Shown: positions 21,196 to 30,991 of the stretch, in pieces
Numbering within the stretch: position 1 is the stretch's first letter
Layout of the letters: each line of letters opens with the position of its first letter
NCBI GenBank assembly: GCA_028679075.1
Contig: JAJRCF010000011.1
Location: forward strand, 9,217-73,216
Source: Methanoregula sp.
GTDB lineage: Archaea; Halobacteriota; Methanomicrobia; Methanomicrobiales; Methanospirillaceae
Reading direction: 5' to 3'
Length of the DNA: 64,000 nt
Translations under genes and position numbers: made by a program
Notes under the pieces: model-generated
Seen by the model: the letters and a program-made list of their open reading frames with translations, nothing else
Database searches by the model: none
Told to the model about the DNA's origin: nothing

Positions 21196-22257
21196 TTAAC
21201 CTGATTTTTCAATGGAAGTATCCGAATTGAAAGACTCTAAAATTTTTTCTGCGGTACGCTTCACCCCGTTTCCATCAACTTTTTGTATGGAAATTGTCGA
21301 CATCTCCTTGCATCTGGTTGGATTTGACACCAGATCGTTTATCGAATCCGCAATTTTTTCAGGAGAAATCCGTGCAAAATTTCCCAATGAGATCATCATT
21401 CCCTCTTGTACAAAAGACGATGCTGATTCGGCATGATCATCCGAAAGGCATAAAAACACCGCGACAACGCCCTGTGATGCCAGCTCATATGCAGTAACAC
21501 CGAACGATGCCACTGCAATATCCGCATTTCTCATGATATCAGCCATGTTTACGACATTATTCAGGACCTGGTAGTGATGTCGTGCATTCTTTAATAAATC
21601 CAGAAGGGCATCGTGATGGAAAAATGCAGGCCCGGTTATCACCTTGACATCAAATTCAGCGTCCAGCATCTCCAGTGCCTGAATTGCCGTGAGGGTCATT
21701 CGCTGAGGATCACTCCCCCCCATTGTAACAAGGATCACTGGCCTGAGATGGCGGGGCTTATCCTTCTTGACAGAAAATTCCGGCCTGATTAGGACCCATT
21801 CCCACCCGGAGAACAGTTTTCCTTTGAACCCGGCCCACTCCATCCGTTTAATCTGGGGGATCGGGGGATAAAAGGCAAGATCTGCAAGCAATCTCCGGTC
21901 GCTGATATCATCAATGGAAATGGTTTTTATACCTCTTTTTTTTATTTCCCTTACCAGTGCCAGGGGGAAATCGTCACGGATGTCCAGGATGAACCCCCAT
22001 GGCTGGTATTCGTCAATAATGCCCATAATCCATGAAAAATAATCAAAACGCATATCATTCTTTTCGGGTGTAAAAACACGGTAATTATGTTTTCTAATGA
22101 GATCAATTCCCTCCATCCCTTCCCGGACCGCAAACGCAATTTCACAGGAATGAACTGATCGCAATTCATCAGCAAGAGCAAGACATCGGACCGTATGTCC
22201 CATCCCCACCCCGGGCGAACCGTCACAGCGAATGAGGATGCGGCAGAGAGTCGTCAT
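21196..22257 (-). CDS. pseG: UDP-2,4-diacetamido-2,4,6-trideoxy-beta-L-altropyranose hydrolase (PseG/SpsG-like)
   Basis: RCDGSPGVGMGHTVRCLALA, TMGGSDP and MRNADIAV; pse gene context. Confidence 0.8.
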   Translation of the reverse strand: MTTLCRILIRCDGSPGVGMGHTVRCLALADELRSVHSCEIAFAVREGMEGIDLIRKHNYRVFTPEKNDMRFDYFSWIMGIIDEYQPWGFILDIRDDFPLALVREIKKRGIKTISIDDISDRRLLADLAFYPPIPQIKRMEWAGFKGKLFSGWEWVLIRPEFSVKKDKPRHLRPVILVTMGGSDPQRMTLTAIQALEMLDAEFDVKVITGPAFFHHDALLDLLKNARHHYQVLNNVVNMADIMRNADIAVASFGVTAYELASQGVVAVFLCLSDDHAESASSFVQEGMMISLGNFARISPEKIADSINDLVSNPTRCKEMSTISIQKVDGNGVKRTAEKILESFNSDTSIEKSG

Positions 22258-23207
22258 TTCACCGGCCAGTTGCTGGGATTCAGTAAGAATGCATCCTGCA
22301 GAGCAAGATCCCTAGCTTCTCTCACCATTGATTCAGAAAATGGGCCGGATTCACTGACGCCTAATGCCTCAAGGAGTTCCTCACTCGTACGAATCCCAAC
22401 CAGCACACTTGATACTTCCGGTGAAGCTATGCAGAAACGAACTGCCACTCCAGGTAATTTTTCCCAGGTACCTGCCAATGTGTCCCTGCACATGAGTGCC
22501 GCTGCTTTCAGTGCAGACAACTCCGGGGGCAACCATTCGGATTTACAGGTTAAGACTCCTTTCAGAAGAGCAGATCGGACAATTATTCCGATACCGGCCT
22601 TCTTTGCGGCCGGGAAGACGTGCGCGGCCATCCGCTGGTCAAGGAGATTGTATGCCACCTGGAGCACGTCGAAACATCCCGCCTCAATTACGGCCAGCGC
22701 TTCCGCTTCAGTATATACCGAAGCCCCAATAAAATGAATGATTCCTTCATCTTTTGCCCTGAGAAGAAATTTGGCCATAGCCCCGTCATTAATTACCGGC
22801 AGAGTCGCATTATGTATCTGAACGATATCCAGATAATCCCGCTTGAGATTTTTCATACTGGATGCAAGTGAGGCATCAATGGCTGCAGATAACTCATTTC
22901 CCTTCCGGGCTTCACCCCCGGCACCCGGTGGAATGGAAACTTTTGTTGCAATGTAGCAATCGGAACGTTCTCCAATTGCCTCTCCAAGACATAACTCACT
23001 GGTTCCATAATTGGGGGCTGTATCAAAGAAATTGATCCCTGCATCAGCTGCCTTGCGAAGCAGCTGAATCACTTCCAGTTCTTCAGGACGACCGAAATTT
23101 CCCGGAACTTCTATTCCATAGTCCACGCCGAGGGATACCGTGCCGAACGAGATCGTTGATACGGATAGTCCGGTCCGTCCGAGTTTTTTATAGAACATCG
23201 GGAACAT
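22254..23207 (-). CDS. Aldo/keto reductase
   Basis: LGRTGLSVSTISFG, GINFFDTAPNYG, IATK and LKRDYLDIVQIH. Confidence 0.9.
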   Translation of the reverse strand: MFPMFYKKLGRTGLSVSTISFGTVSLGVDYGIEVPGNFGRPEELEVIQLLRKAADAGINFFDTAPNYGTSELCLGEAIGERSDCYIATKVSIPPGAGGEARKGNELSAAIDASLASSMKNLKRDYLDIVQIHNATLPVINDGAMAKFLLRAKDEGIIHFIGASVYTEAEALAVIEAGCFDVLQVAYNLLDQRMAAHVFPAAKKAGIGIIVRSALLKGVLTCKSEWLPPELSALKAAALMCRDTLAGTWEKLPGVAVRFCIASPEVSSVLVGIRTSEELLEALGVSESGPFSESMVREARDLALQDAFLLNPSNWPVK

Positions 23208-23215
23208 CCATCCAT

Positions 23216-24529
23216 TCAGGTTAACCGGTAAAATCCGCTTCTCTGTGGCGATCCTTTCAGAAGACTCCGGACCGATCCTTTTTTATGGGCATCTGCAATC
23301 CGGGAGAAGGCATCCTTCGTGACCGATATATAGGCATCAATATGTTTTTTCGTATGAGCGAATGATGGTTTAAACTGGGTGTAGGCAAGATATCTCTTTT
23401 CGAGCATAATCTGCGTAAACAGCGTGGCCATCTCTAATTTTTCATCGCCTTCAATGGAGAAATGGTTCAACGTGGACAGGCCGCTGATATGGACGGGTAA
23501 ACCCGCCTCGTCAGCTGCGTTCTGCCACCCAACCATAACTGAATTGCCGATGGATATAATGTGATCATCGACATGCTTCTCCTGGTATTTCCTGATCGTT
23601 GCGAGTGCAGCGGCAGGTCCGATGCGTTCCGTCCAGTTAGTGCTGCTGATAAATGTTGACTGGGCTGATTCCATGACTTCCGCGGTTCCTACTACCGCTG
23701 CCATTGCATACCCGTTGGACATCGCCTTTGCGAACACAGCAATATCCGGGTTGACTCCCAATGTCTGGTGAATTCCCCCGGGACACATCCGGAACCCGGT
23801 AGTTATCTCGTCGAATACCAGCACAGCATCCTGTTCCCTGGCGATTTTCTTGACCTTTTCGAGGAATCCCGGTTCCGGCGTCTGGTCCCTGCGGGGTTCC
23901 ATGACAATGGCTGCAATGCGGCCGTTATTTCTCGCCACAATCTCTTCCAGTTGTTCGATGTGGTTGTAGTGGAAGGGCAGGGCACTCCCCAGAAGCCCCC
24001 GCGGCACACCGGAGGGTTCGAGACCTGGCATGAGGTGTCCGTCCAAGGCATGATCCTCACTGATATTTGCAGCCAGGTACCAGTCGTACCACCCGTGATA
24101 GCCACAGAATGCAATGATATCCTTGCCGGTATGTGCCCGGGCGATCCTGACCGCTACTGCCATTGCCTCCCCCCCGGATCGGGCATACCGGACCATATTT
24201 GCCCATGGATGCAGCGAGCAGAGAAGTTCAGCCAGTTCCACTTCTTCTGGTGCATTCAGGGTACACTGTACACCATTTCTGAGTGCCGCAATCACAGCCC
24301 TGTCAACATCTGGGTCAGCATAGCCGAGGATGCAGGCGCCAACCCCCATGATACTCATGTCCGTGTAGGTAATCCCTGCAAGATCTGTAACCTTCACACC
24401 TTTCGCTTTTGCATAATAGGCCGGCCAGAGGTCCGGTAAAAACATTTCAGGACGTTTGGAAAGTAGTTGCGTGCCACCGGGAATCAGTTTCTTGCCTTTC
24501 TTGTATAATTCCTGACCATCCATTCTCAT
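23216..24529 (-). CDS. Class III PLP aminotransferase (GSA-aminomutase-like, not HemL)
   Basis: FCGYHGW, IAAIVMEP, VFDEITTGFR and PDIAVFAKAMSNG (PLP lysine). Confidence 0.88.
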   Translation of the reverse strand: MRMDGQELYKKGKKLIPGGTQLLSKRPEMFLPDLWPAYYAKAKGVKVTDLAGITYTDMSIMGVGACILGYADPDVDRAVIAALRNGVQCTLNAPEEVELAELLCSLHPWANMVRYARSGGEAMAVAVRIARAHTGKDIIAFCGYHGWYDWYLAANISEDHALDGHLMPGLEPSGVPRGLLGSALPFHYNHIEQLEEIVARNNGRIAAIVMEPRRDQTPEPGFLEKVKKIAREQDAVLVFDEITTGFRMCPGGIHQTLGVNPDIAVFAKAMSNGYAMAAVVGTAEVMESAQSTFISSTNWTERIGPAAALATIRKYQEKHVDDHIISIGNSVMVGWQNAADEAGLPVHISGLSTLNHFSIEGDEKLEMATLFTQIMLEKRYLAYTQFKPSFAHTKKHIDAYISVTKDAFSRIADAHKKGSVRSLLKGSPQRSGFYRLT

Positions 24530-25290
24530 TCACCTTTCAGTAATTCCTGATCTTTCTTTAATGATTTCAGATATCCTTCATTTCGAAGAATGTCGGCATT
24601 GATGTTCACGAGATCCGGTTCTTTTTCCAGGAGCCGGAGAATATCTTCAGCAAGGAAAATTTCTTTCTCCTTATAGAGCCGTGTGTATATTTTCCTGATA
24701 AACTGAATGTCTTCCGGCTCATCAACAGTCCACCTCATATGGCCGAGGTTGCTGAATTTTTTAAACTGACCCAGTTTGAATTTTTCCGGGTGATTGATAA
24801 TATACGGTCCCACGTGTTCCCGTTCAGAAGGAAGTTTTGCATTATTCCATGCATCCCTGAGCGCTGAATAGGAAAACACGGTGACATCCAGCCCATCAGG
24901 GAATTCCCCGGATAACCAATATGCGTCAAAGTGGCCTTTAAAAAACCCAGTAATCGTCTCATCAACAATTACAGGATCAATCACGGGACAATCCGCAGTG
25001 ATTCTTACGACCGGATCGGCATTAAATTTCGTTGCAGCCTGGTAGTAACGGTCGAGAACATCGTCCTCGCTTCCTGCAAACGATCGTACGCCAGCGGATT
25101 CTGCCAGATCGACGATTGCCCTGTCCTCGGGACGGTTGGATGTTGCAACTACAATCTGCTGGACTGTTTTACACTTTTTGATCCGGTTTATGACATGCCA
25201 TACCAAAGGTTTTCCGGAGAGCTCCATCAGGACTTTTCCCGGTAACCTGCTGGATCCCATCCGTGCCTGGATGATTACGGTTGTTGTCAT
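24526..25290 (-). CDS. SpsF-type cytidylyltransferase (probable CMP-nonulosonate synthetase)
   Basis: IIQARMGSSRLPGKVL, GSEDDVLDRY, VRITADCP, EREHV and RWTVDEPED. Confidence 0.85.
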   Translation of the reverse strand: MTTTVIIQARMGSSRLPGKVLMELSGKPLVWHVINRIKKCKTVQQIVVATSNRPEDRAIVDLAESAGVRSFAGSEDDVLDRYYQAATKFNADPVVRITADCPVIDPVIVDETITGFFKGHFDAYWLSGEFPDGLDVTVFSYSALRDAWNNAKLPSEREHVGPYIINHPEKFKLGQFKKFSNLGHMRWTVDEPEDIQFIRKIYTRLYKEKEIFLAEDILRLLEKEPDLVNINADILRNEGYLKSLKKDQELLKGE

Positions 25291-26150
25291 GAGGCATCTC
25301 TGAATGATTCACGAATTTTCATAACCGGTCGTAAGCCGTCGGAGGGATCCGCTCTCCAGTCGCGCTCCACCATCTCGTTGGCATCGGGTTTCTTCTCCCC
25401 GGTTCCATCCGAAGAGATCCCGGTATGTATTGTAGTGATTACATTCTTCATCTCTTCAGGAAGCCAGCAATGCCCCGTTGAATATTCCTCTCCTTTCCCA
25501 TCGAGATCAAGGTGGAACTCAATCATCGTTGCCCCCCAGTGATGAACTGCGCGGTAAATGACAGGAGGAGATACGGTGTGGTCTGACCATCCGACAGAAC
25601 CTCCAAATACTTTTCTGAGGGTTTCCATTGCTGCCAGGTTGCATTGCCCGGGAGGTGTTGGATATACCGAAGCACAGTGGAGCAAGGTGAGATCCTTGCA
25701 ACCGGCCTTTTTGAGAACAGTTACTGCATCTCTGACTTCATCGAGAGTTGCCATTCCCGTTGAGAGGACTACCGGTTTTCCTGTTTTCGCACAGGAAACA
25801 AGAAGATCTTTCCAGAGCAGTTCGTAGGATGCGATTTTATAGAATTCCACGAAGGGCTCCAGTTCATGGACCGCTTCAAGATAAAACGGAGTGCAGGAAA
25901 AAAGGATGTCATGTTTCCTGCACTTGTCGGCAAGATAGGGCAGGAAAGAAACCGGCAGTTCCCATTGTTTTCTTTTCCTGATATCCTCACGCTTTCGGAT
26001 GATTTCGGGTGCAAACAATTCATCAATCTTAAATAACTGGAATTTTACTGACTCGCAGCCGATATCTGCTGCCGTTTCAATAAACCGGAAACATCTCTCC
26101 AGATTCTGGTTGTGATTACTGGATACTTCTGCAATAAAATGTGGTTTCAT
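25287..26150 (-). CDS. pseI: Nonulosonic acid synthase (PseI/NeuB family), short form without the C-terminal SAF domain
   Basis: IAEVSSNHNQ, VKFQLF, YKIASYE, VLSTGMA, LLHCASVYP, GWSDHT and IEFH; only 287 aa. Confidence 0.85.
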   Translation of the reverse strand: MKPHFIAEVSSNHNQNLERCFRFIETAADIGCESVKFQLFKIDELFAPEIIRKREDIRKRKQWELPVSFLPYLADKCRKHDILFSCTPFYLEAVHELEPFVEFYKIASYELLWKDLLVSCAKTGKPVVLSTGMATLDEVRDAVTVLKKAGCKDLTLLHCASVYPTPPGQCNLAAMETLRKVFGGSVGWSDHTVSPPVIYRAVHHWGATMIEFHLDLDGKGEEYSTGHCWLPEEMKNVITTIHTGISSDGTGEKKPDANEMVERDWRADPSDGLRPVMKIRESFRDAS

Positions 26151-27319
26151 GATCCGTCCACCCCGAGAATTTTACATATTGCTGATATCACACGGTTAAC
26201 ATCCTCATCATCCATCCTCGGAAAAATCGGGAGTGAGAGTTCATGGTGATAATAATTCTCCGCATGAGGGAACTGGCCTTCCCTGAAGCCAAAATGATTC
26301 TGGTAGTACGGCTGCTGATGGATGGGGATATAATGTACCTGAGTGAGGATGCCCTGTTCTTTGAGTTTTGACATCATGCCCTTCCGGTCGCATCCGGTAC
26401 ATTGTATCGGGTAGATATGGAATGCATGCCGGGAATCCGGCCACCGAGGCCTGGGAGGGATAATGATGCCGGGCAGATCCTGGAATACCTGATCATACGC
26501 GTCAGCGATCTCATTCCGGCGTGTTATAAACCCCTCCAGTTTACTGAATTGGGAAATACCGAGAGCGCACTGGATATCCGTTATCCGGTAGTTATATCCA
26601 AGTTCCTGCATCTCGTAATACCACGACCCTTCATTACGGGTGAGTTTCTTCGGATCCTTTGTGGTCCCATGACTCCGTAAAAGTCGGAGCCGTTCGGTAT
26701 ACTCATCGCTGTCCGTGACAATAATACCGCCCTCTCCTGTTGTAATATGTTTGACAGGATGGAAGGAAAACATGGTCATATCTGCTTCCTTCCCAACGGA
26801 CATTCCGTACCGTCGTCCTCCTAAAGCATGAGCGGCATCTTCGACTATCACCAGGTCATGCCTGTCGGCAATATCCCGGATCTCACGCATATCCATAGGA
26901 TATCCTGCCATGTCAACCGGCGCAATCACCTTTGTGCGATCCGTGATGGCATGCTCGATGAGTTGTGTATTGATGCAGTATGTAGCCGGGTCAATATCAA
27001 CGAATACCGGAATACCTCCAAGGTACACTGCGGAATTTGGCGTTGCCACGAATGAAATGGGGGTGGTGATCACTTCATCGCCCGAAGATACACCTGCAGC
27101 AAACATCGCCCCGTGGAGAGCCGATGTACCTGAATTAAATGCCACAGCATATCGTGTGCCGGCATATTTGGCGATCTTATCTTCGAACTGTTCAATCAAC
27201 GGTCCCTGTGTGAGCCAGTCGCCTTTCAACACTGCGCACACTGCGTTGATATCGTTGTCATCCACCCATTGTGATCCATAGGGAATGGTTTTCATCGGCA
27301 TCTGTCCGGACTTTTGCAT
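26147..27319 (-). CDS. pseC: UDP-4-amino-4,6-dideoxy-N-acetyl-beta-L-altrosamine transaminase (DegT family)
   Basis: IPYGSQW, WLTQGP, EDAAHALG, FSFHPVKHITTGEGG, LGYNYRITDIQCALG and QVHYIP. Confidence 0.9.
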   Translation of the reverse strand: MQKSGQMPMKTIPYGSQWVDDNDINAVCAVLKGDWLTQGPLIEQFEDKIAKYAGTRYAVAFNSGTSALHGAMFAAGVSSGDEVITTPISFVATPNSAVYLGGIPVFVDIDPATYCINTQLIEHAITDRTKVIAPVDMAGYPMDMREIRDIADRHDLVIVEDAAHALGGRRYGMSVGKEADMTMFSFHPVKHITTGEGGIIVTDSDEYTERLRLLRSHGTTKDPKKLTRNEGSWYYEMQELGYNYRITDIQCALGISQFSKLEGFITRRNEIADAYDQVFQDLPGIIIPPRPRWPDSRHAFHIYPIQCTGCDRKGMMSKLKEQGILTQVHYIPIHQQPYYQNHFGFREGQFPHAENYYHHELSLPIFPRMDDEDVNRVISAICKILGVDGS

Positions 27320-27320
27320 C

Positions 27321-28301
27321 TCAATAGGAGGACAAGTTAATCATGCGATTGAAATCCTTTTTGTCAAGCCACTGGGTATTGTTATCGCTGCTGTACCTGA
27401 AACCTTCCGGCAGGCTCCGACCTCCGGTTCTGCCATTTTTCCAGAATTTCAGTTCAGGTTCGATCACAAAGAAGGTATCATACTCTTTCGTGTGGCGGGC
27501 CTCGTCTTCTGTAAGAAGGATCTCATGGAGCTTCTCTCCGGGCCGGATACCGATAGTCTCGATCTTTGCGTCAGGTGCCATTGCATGGGCCAGATCAATC
27601 ACTTTCATGCTGGGGATTTTCGGGACAAAGACTTCCCCGCCGGTCATGATGGGAAGACATTTTCTGACAAACTGGACGCCTTCTTCCAGTGTCAGCCAGA
27701 ACCGGGTCATGCGTTCGTCGGTAATGGTAAGTCGCCCGGATTTTTTTTGTTCGAGAAACAGCGGGACAACGCTTCCCCGGCTTCCTACAACGTTTCCGTA
27801 CCGTACACAGGAAAACTTGGTGGGGTGGATATCTCCTGAATAGGAATTTCCCTGCATAAACAATTTTTCTGCAACCATTTTTGTGGATCCATAGAGATTC
27901 ACCGGGTGAACTGCCTTGTCTGTGCTGAGCGCGAGGACCCGATCGACATTGTTGTCAATAGCGGTGTCGATGATATTGATAGAACCATTAATATTGGTCT
28001 TCACCGCTTCAATAGGATTGTATTCACAGGCAGGTACCTGCTTGAGAGCAGCTGCATGAACAACAATATCTACACCATTCATCGCTCGGGAAAGCCGTTC
28101 TTTATCCCTTACATCTCCGATAAAAAACCTGATCCGATCATCCGGAAACAGTTTTTCCGTTTCATACTGGAGCATTTCACCCCGGGAATAGATACGAATG
28201 CTTTTGGGATTGTCTTCTCGTAAAAGAGTTTTCAGGAACGCTCTTCCGAATGATCCTGTACCCCCGGTGATGAGTATTGTCTTATCGTTGAAATATGACA
28301 T
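27321..28301 (-). CDS. pseB: UDP-N-acetylglucosamine 4,6-dehydratase (inverting)
   Basis: ITGGTGSFG, HAAALKQVPACEYNP, LSTDKA, NLYGSTK, RYGNVVGSRGSV, MTRFW and GIRPGEKLHE. Confidence 0.93.
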   Translation of the reverse strand: MSYFNDKTILITGGTGSFGRAFLKTLLREDNPKSIRIYSRGEMLQYETEKLFPDDRIRFFIGDVRDKERLSRAMNGVDIVVHAAALKQVPACEYNPIEAVKTNINGSINIIDTAIDNNVDRVLALSTDKAVHPVNLYGSTKMVAEKLFMQGNSYSGDIHPTKFSCVRYGNVVGSRGSVVPLFLEQKKSGRLTITDERMTRFWLTLEEGVQFVRKCLPIMTGGEVFVPKIPSMKVIDLAHAMAPDAKIETIGIRPGEKLHEILLTEDEARHTKEYDTFFVIEPELKFWKNGRTGGRSLPEGFRYSSDNNTQWLDKKDFNRMINLSSY

Positions 28302-28682
28302 TGCTAATAGATCTACTTATACAGAGTTTAAGATTTCGACTTACCTGATGTGTTCATTACGGGATCTGTATGAAACGCACTGAAATCAAGTCCCCCTCTT
28401 CGGTGCAGTTTTCAAAGAGATCTGCCCGATAGATTCACATTTCCTGTCGGATGTGCTGATATCTGTAGGTGTATAGGCTGAAATTTCTCTCTATTTCGCC
28501 GGAATAAGGATACTTGATTTTTGGCATCTGAGATCAGACATCTTATATCCTGTGAAGAAAAATGAATTCTTGAATGCGGACTCAGTTCCAGTGAATTATA
28601 ACAAACGGATATCGATAATATTTATTATGCATCTCATCTCATTCCATCTTCTGACAAACGCTAAAATGAAAACGTATTTGAA

Positions 28683-30629
28683 ATGCAGATCAGAGACCGG
28701 TGCGTAATGGTAAAAACACTATTTTTTTTAGAAGACCCCAAAAAAATTGATTGGGTCATTCAGGATAGTGTGAAAAGCACAGGGCAATCAGTCTTTATTT
28801 CACTCTCTGCGACTGCATCATATGCGTATGAAAGGTACCAGATCCCTTATAAATCGATCCGGGACTTCGGTGGCGGGGAGGAACGATACCAGCAGGGTTT
28901 GGAAAATTTTCAAAGATTTGATCGGATAGTGACAATTCTTGATAAGGAACTAACTCTTCATCATAACAATCTTACACTGACACCGGCTCGTTATTCAATA
29001 TATAATCTCAAAATTCTTTTTGATACACTTTGGAATGCAATTCAAATTTTAAAACAGATTATTGATATAGAACAGCCGGATTTTATTCGTCTTTATGCAA
29101 TACCCCGGGTAAGATCCGTGAATAAGGTCTGTGTATTCTCAAACAACGAATCGATATATACCGAAGTTTTGAACATGTCTGGATGGAATGTTCAGATCGA
29201 AATAATTCAGGAAACAGAACCTGACCGTATTGATCAAGGGATTACAGGAAGAAGTTACACACGTTTTTCCCGTTTAATGGACTGGATCAAAGAACAGGAT
29301 CTTTTGTTTAATCTGGGGCTGATCAGTAAACGAGAAGGTATCGGATTGGCAACGCTGGCGTTATATTATCATATTATCGTCATGCGCCGGAACCCCGTCC
29401 TTATTTATAATAGCGGATACAATTGGGATGATTCCCTGATTGAACTCTTCCGCGAAGGGATGGTTCCGGTATACCGGATAAGGGATGAGTTCTTAACCAA
29501 TGATATTACAGATGACACGGCATCCTGCGAGGAGGTTCGTAATATATGCGGCGTTCATCCCGGAATGAGGGAATTTGATACTATCCTCGGCATCGATGTA
29601 TCCACATTCTTTTTTGAAAGGCTTTCGGAAATTGTCGGACGTGCTCTTCAGGAATCAGTAGTTGCATATACCTATGCCCGCAAAAAAATCCGACGGAAAA
29701 ACATTCAATGCCTCCTCCTCGCAGCGTGTGATACAACTATGGGTCATGCTATTGTCCAGGCAGCACATGATACAGAAATTCCCGTTGTCTCATGGCAGCA
29801 CGGAGGTGCAGGATATAGTTATCATCCGCTGATGTCATTTATTGAATTTGTCAATTCTGACTGGCATTTTGTTTTTGGGGAAGGCGTTGCCACGAGTTAC
29901 CTGTCCACCTCAAAGTGTATCGGTCTTAAGAAAATCCCCCGTTTTGTCCCCGTGGGATCGAGTTCTCTTGACATCTTTGATAGAAATAAACGAAAAACCG
30001 CGATTAAACCGGATAACGGACCGGTTGTTTATATTACTACTGCGTACCTGCGGAATATCTACATGAATTCCGGGAAAGATGACCTTGGCGTGTTTGACGA
30101 ACATCTTTGGGATATACAACAGCATATCCTCAATCTTGCGAAGAATAACCCTGATAAAGAGTTTATCATAAAATTGCATCCCACTCATATCGATAAAGAA
30201 CCCCTCAATGGGTTTGTGATTGATCATAACATACGCAATGTGAAACTTATCACCTCAGAAATGACCATACGGGAATTAACGGATATTGCCGGAATAATGA
30301 TATTTGACCTTATTTCAACGGGAATCCTACAGGTACTTACCTCAGAACTCCCAGTTTTCGTTTATCCGGGCCTGTATAAAGTCGATCCTGATCCTCTGAT
30401 GCAATTGATGAAACGTGCTTACGTGAGTTATGACAAGAATCGGTTTGTCGCCATGATCCAACAATTCATTGACGTTCATTCGGTAGATTCCTTCGATAGC
30501 GTAGATGTAAAAAATACCGATTTTCTGATAAGATACGGAACTGATCCTGTCCATCATAATAGTGCTGTTGAAGCAGTAACGGCCTTGAAAAAAATCCTGC
30601 TTCAGGAATACCCGTTTCCTCGTGAATAG
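28683..30629 (+). CDS. Large GT-B-like protein, candidate nonulosonate transferase (LIC12162-like); alternative start 28707
   Basis: WQHGG, VPVGSS, IIKLHP and DLISTG motifs resemble the HP and S/T motifs of CMP-sugar transferases. Divergent from pseB. Confidence 0.5.
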   Translation: MQIRDRCVMVKTLFFLEDPKKIDWVIQDSVKSTGQSVFISLSATASYAYERYQIPYKSIRDFGGGEERYQQGLENFQRFDRIVTILDKELTLHHNNLTLTPARYSIYNLKILFDTLWNAIQILKQIIDIEQPDFIRLYAIPRVRSVNKVCVFSNNESIYTEVLNMSGWNVQIEIIQETEPDRIDQGITGRSYTRFSRLMDWIKEQDLLFNLGLISKREGIGLATLALYYHIIVMRRNPVLIYNSGYNWDDSLIELFREGMVPVYRIRDEFLTNDITDDTASCEEVRNICGVHPGMREFDTILGIDVSTFFFERLSEIVGRALQESVVAYTYARKKIRRKNIQCLLLAACDTTMGHAIVQAAHDTEIPVVSWQHGGAGYSYHPLMSFIEFVNSDWHFVFGEGVATSYLSTSKCIGLKKIPRFVPVGSSSLDIFDRNKRKTAIKPDNGPVVYITTAYLRNIYMNSGKDDLGVFDEHLWDIQQHILNLAKNNPDKEFIIKLHPTHIDKEPLNGFVIDHNIRNVKLITSEMTIRELTDIAGIMIFDLISTGILQVLTSELPVFVYPGLYKVDPDPLMQLMKRAYVSYDKNRFVAMIQQFIDVHSVDSFDSVDVKNTDFLIRYGTDPVHHNSAVEAVTALKKILLQEYPFPRE

Positions 30630-30769
30630 TTTTATCCTGAAGAATACCCTTCGATACTGTTTTAAATACAAAATCAGGTGTCAATGTAGGGCCCTTCTAA
30701 AAGAATGATTATTTTCATTAATCTCATAGTATAATTTCGAGTTAAACTACTTTTTAACAAAACTGTAAA

Positions 30770-30842
30770 AGCCTCAGCCGTGATTTGAACACGGGACCTG
30801 CTGATTACAAGTCAGCCGCTCTGCCAACTAAGCCACTGAGGC
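30770..30842 (-). tRNA. tRNA-Thr(TGT)
   Basis: The reverse complement folds as a cloverleaf: GCCTCAG acceptor, GCTGA-CTTGTAA-TCAGC anticodon arm, CCGTG-TTCAAAT-CACGG T arm. Confidence 0.96.
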
Positions 30843-30991
30843 GCCATAGTATTTTGACGTTGGATGGTAAAAAAGATGGTGTCTGGCCCGGTAGTTTTCC
30901 CGCCATTACCCCGCAGGAAAGATCTCGATCAGCCTGATCCGGAAACATATCCAAATATCTTATACCCCCCGGCACAGACGTAGTAGTACAG

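Larger units (their letters stand above)
2654..30629. other. Surface glycan (N-glycan/EPS) biosynthesis island, five blocks of alternating orientation
   Basis: 25 contiguous sugar-nucleotide, transferase and flippase genes. Visibly AT-richer than the flanks (not computed). Bounded by top6A and the 3' end of tRNA-Thr. No integrase or att repeat seen. Confidence 0.85.

Noticed and set aside
23216-24529. Calling the class III aminotransferase hemL
   Set aside because: It is embedded by overlap in the pse operon, and the lysine motif (FAKAMSNG) differs from the HemL GKIIGGG.
30629-30842. Integrative element at tRNA-Thr
   Set aside because: No integrase and no duplicated tRNA 3' end near 2645 were seen, so it is recorded only as a variable island.
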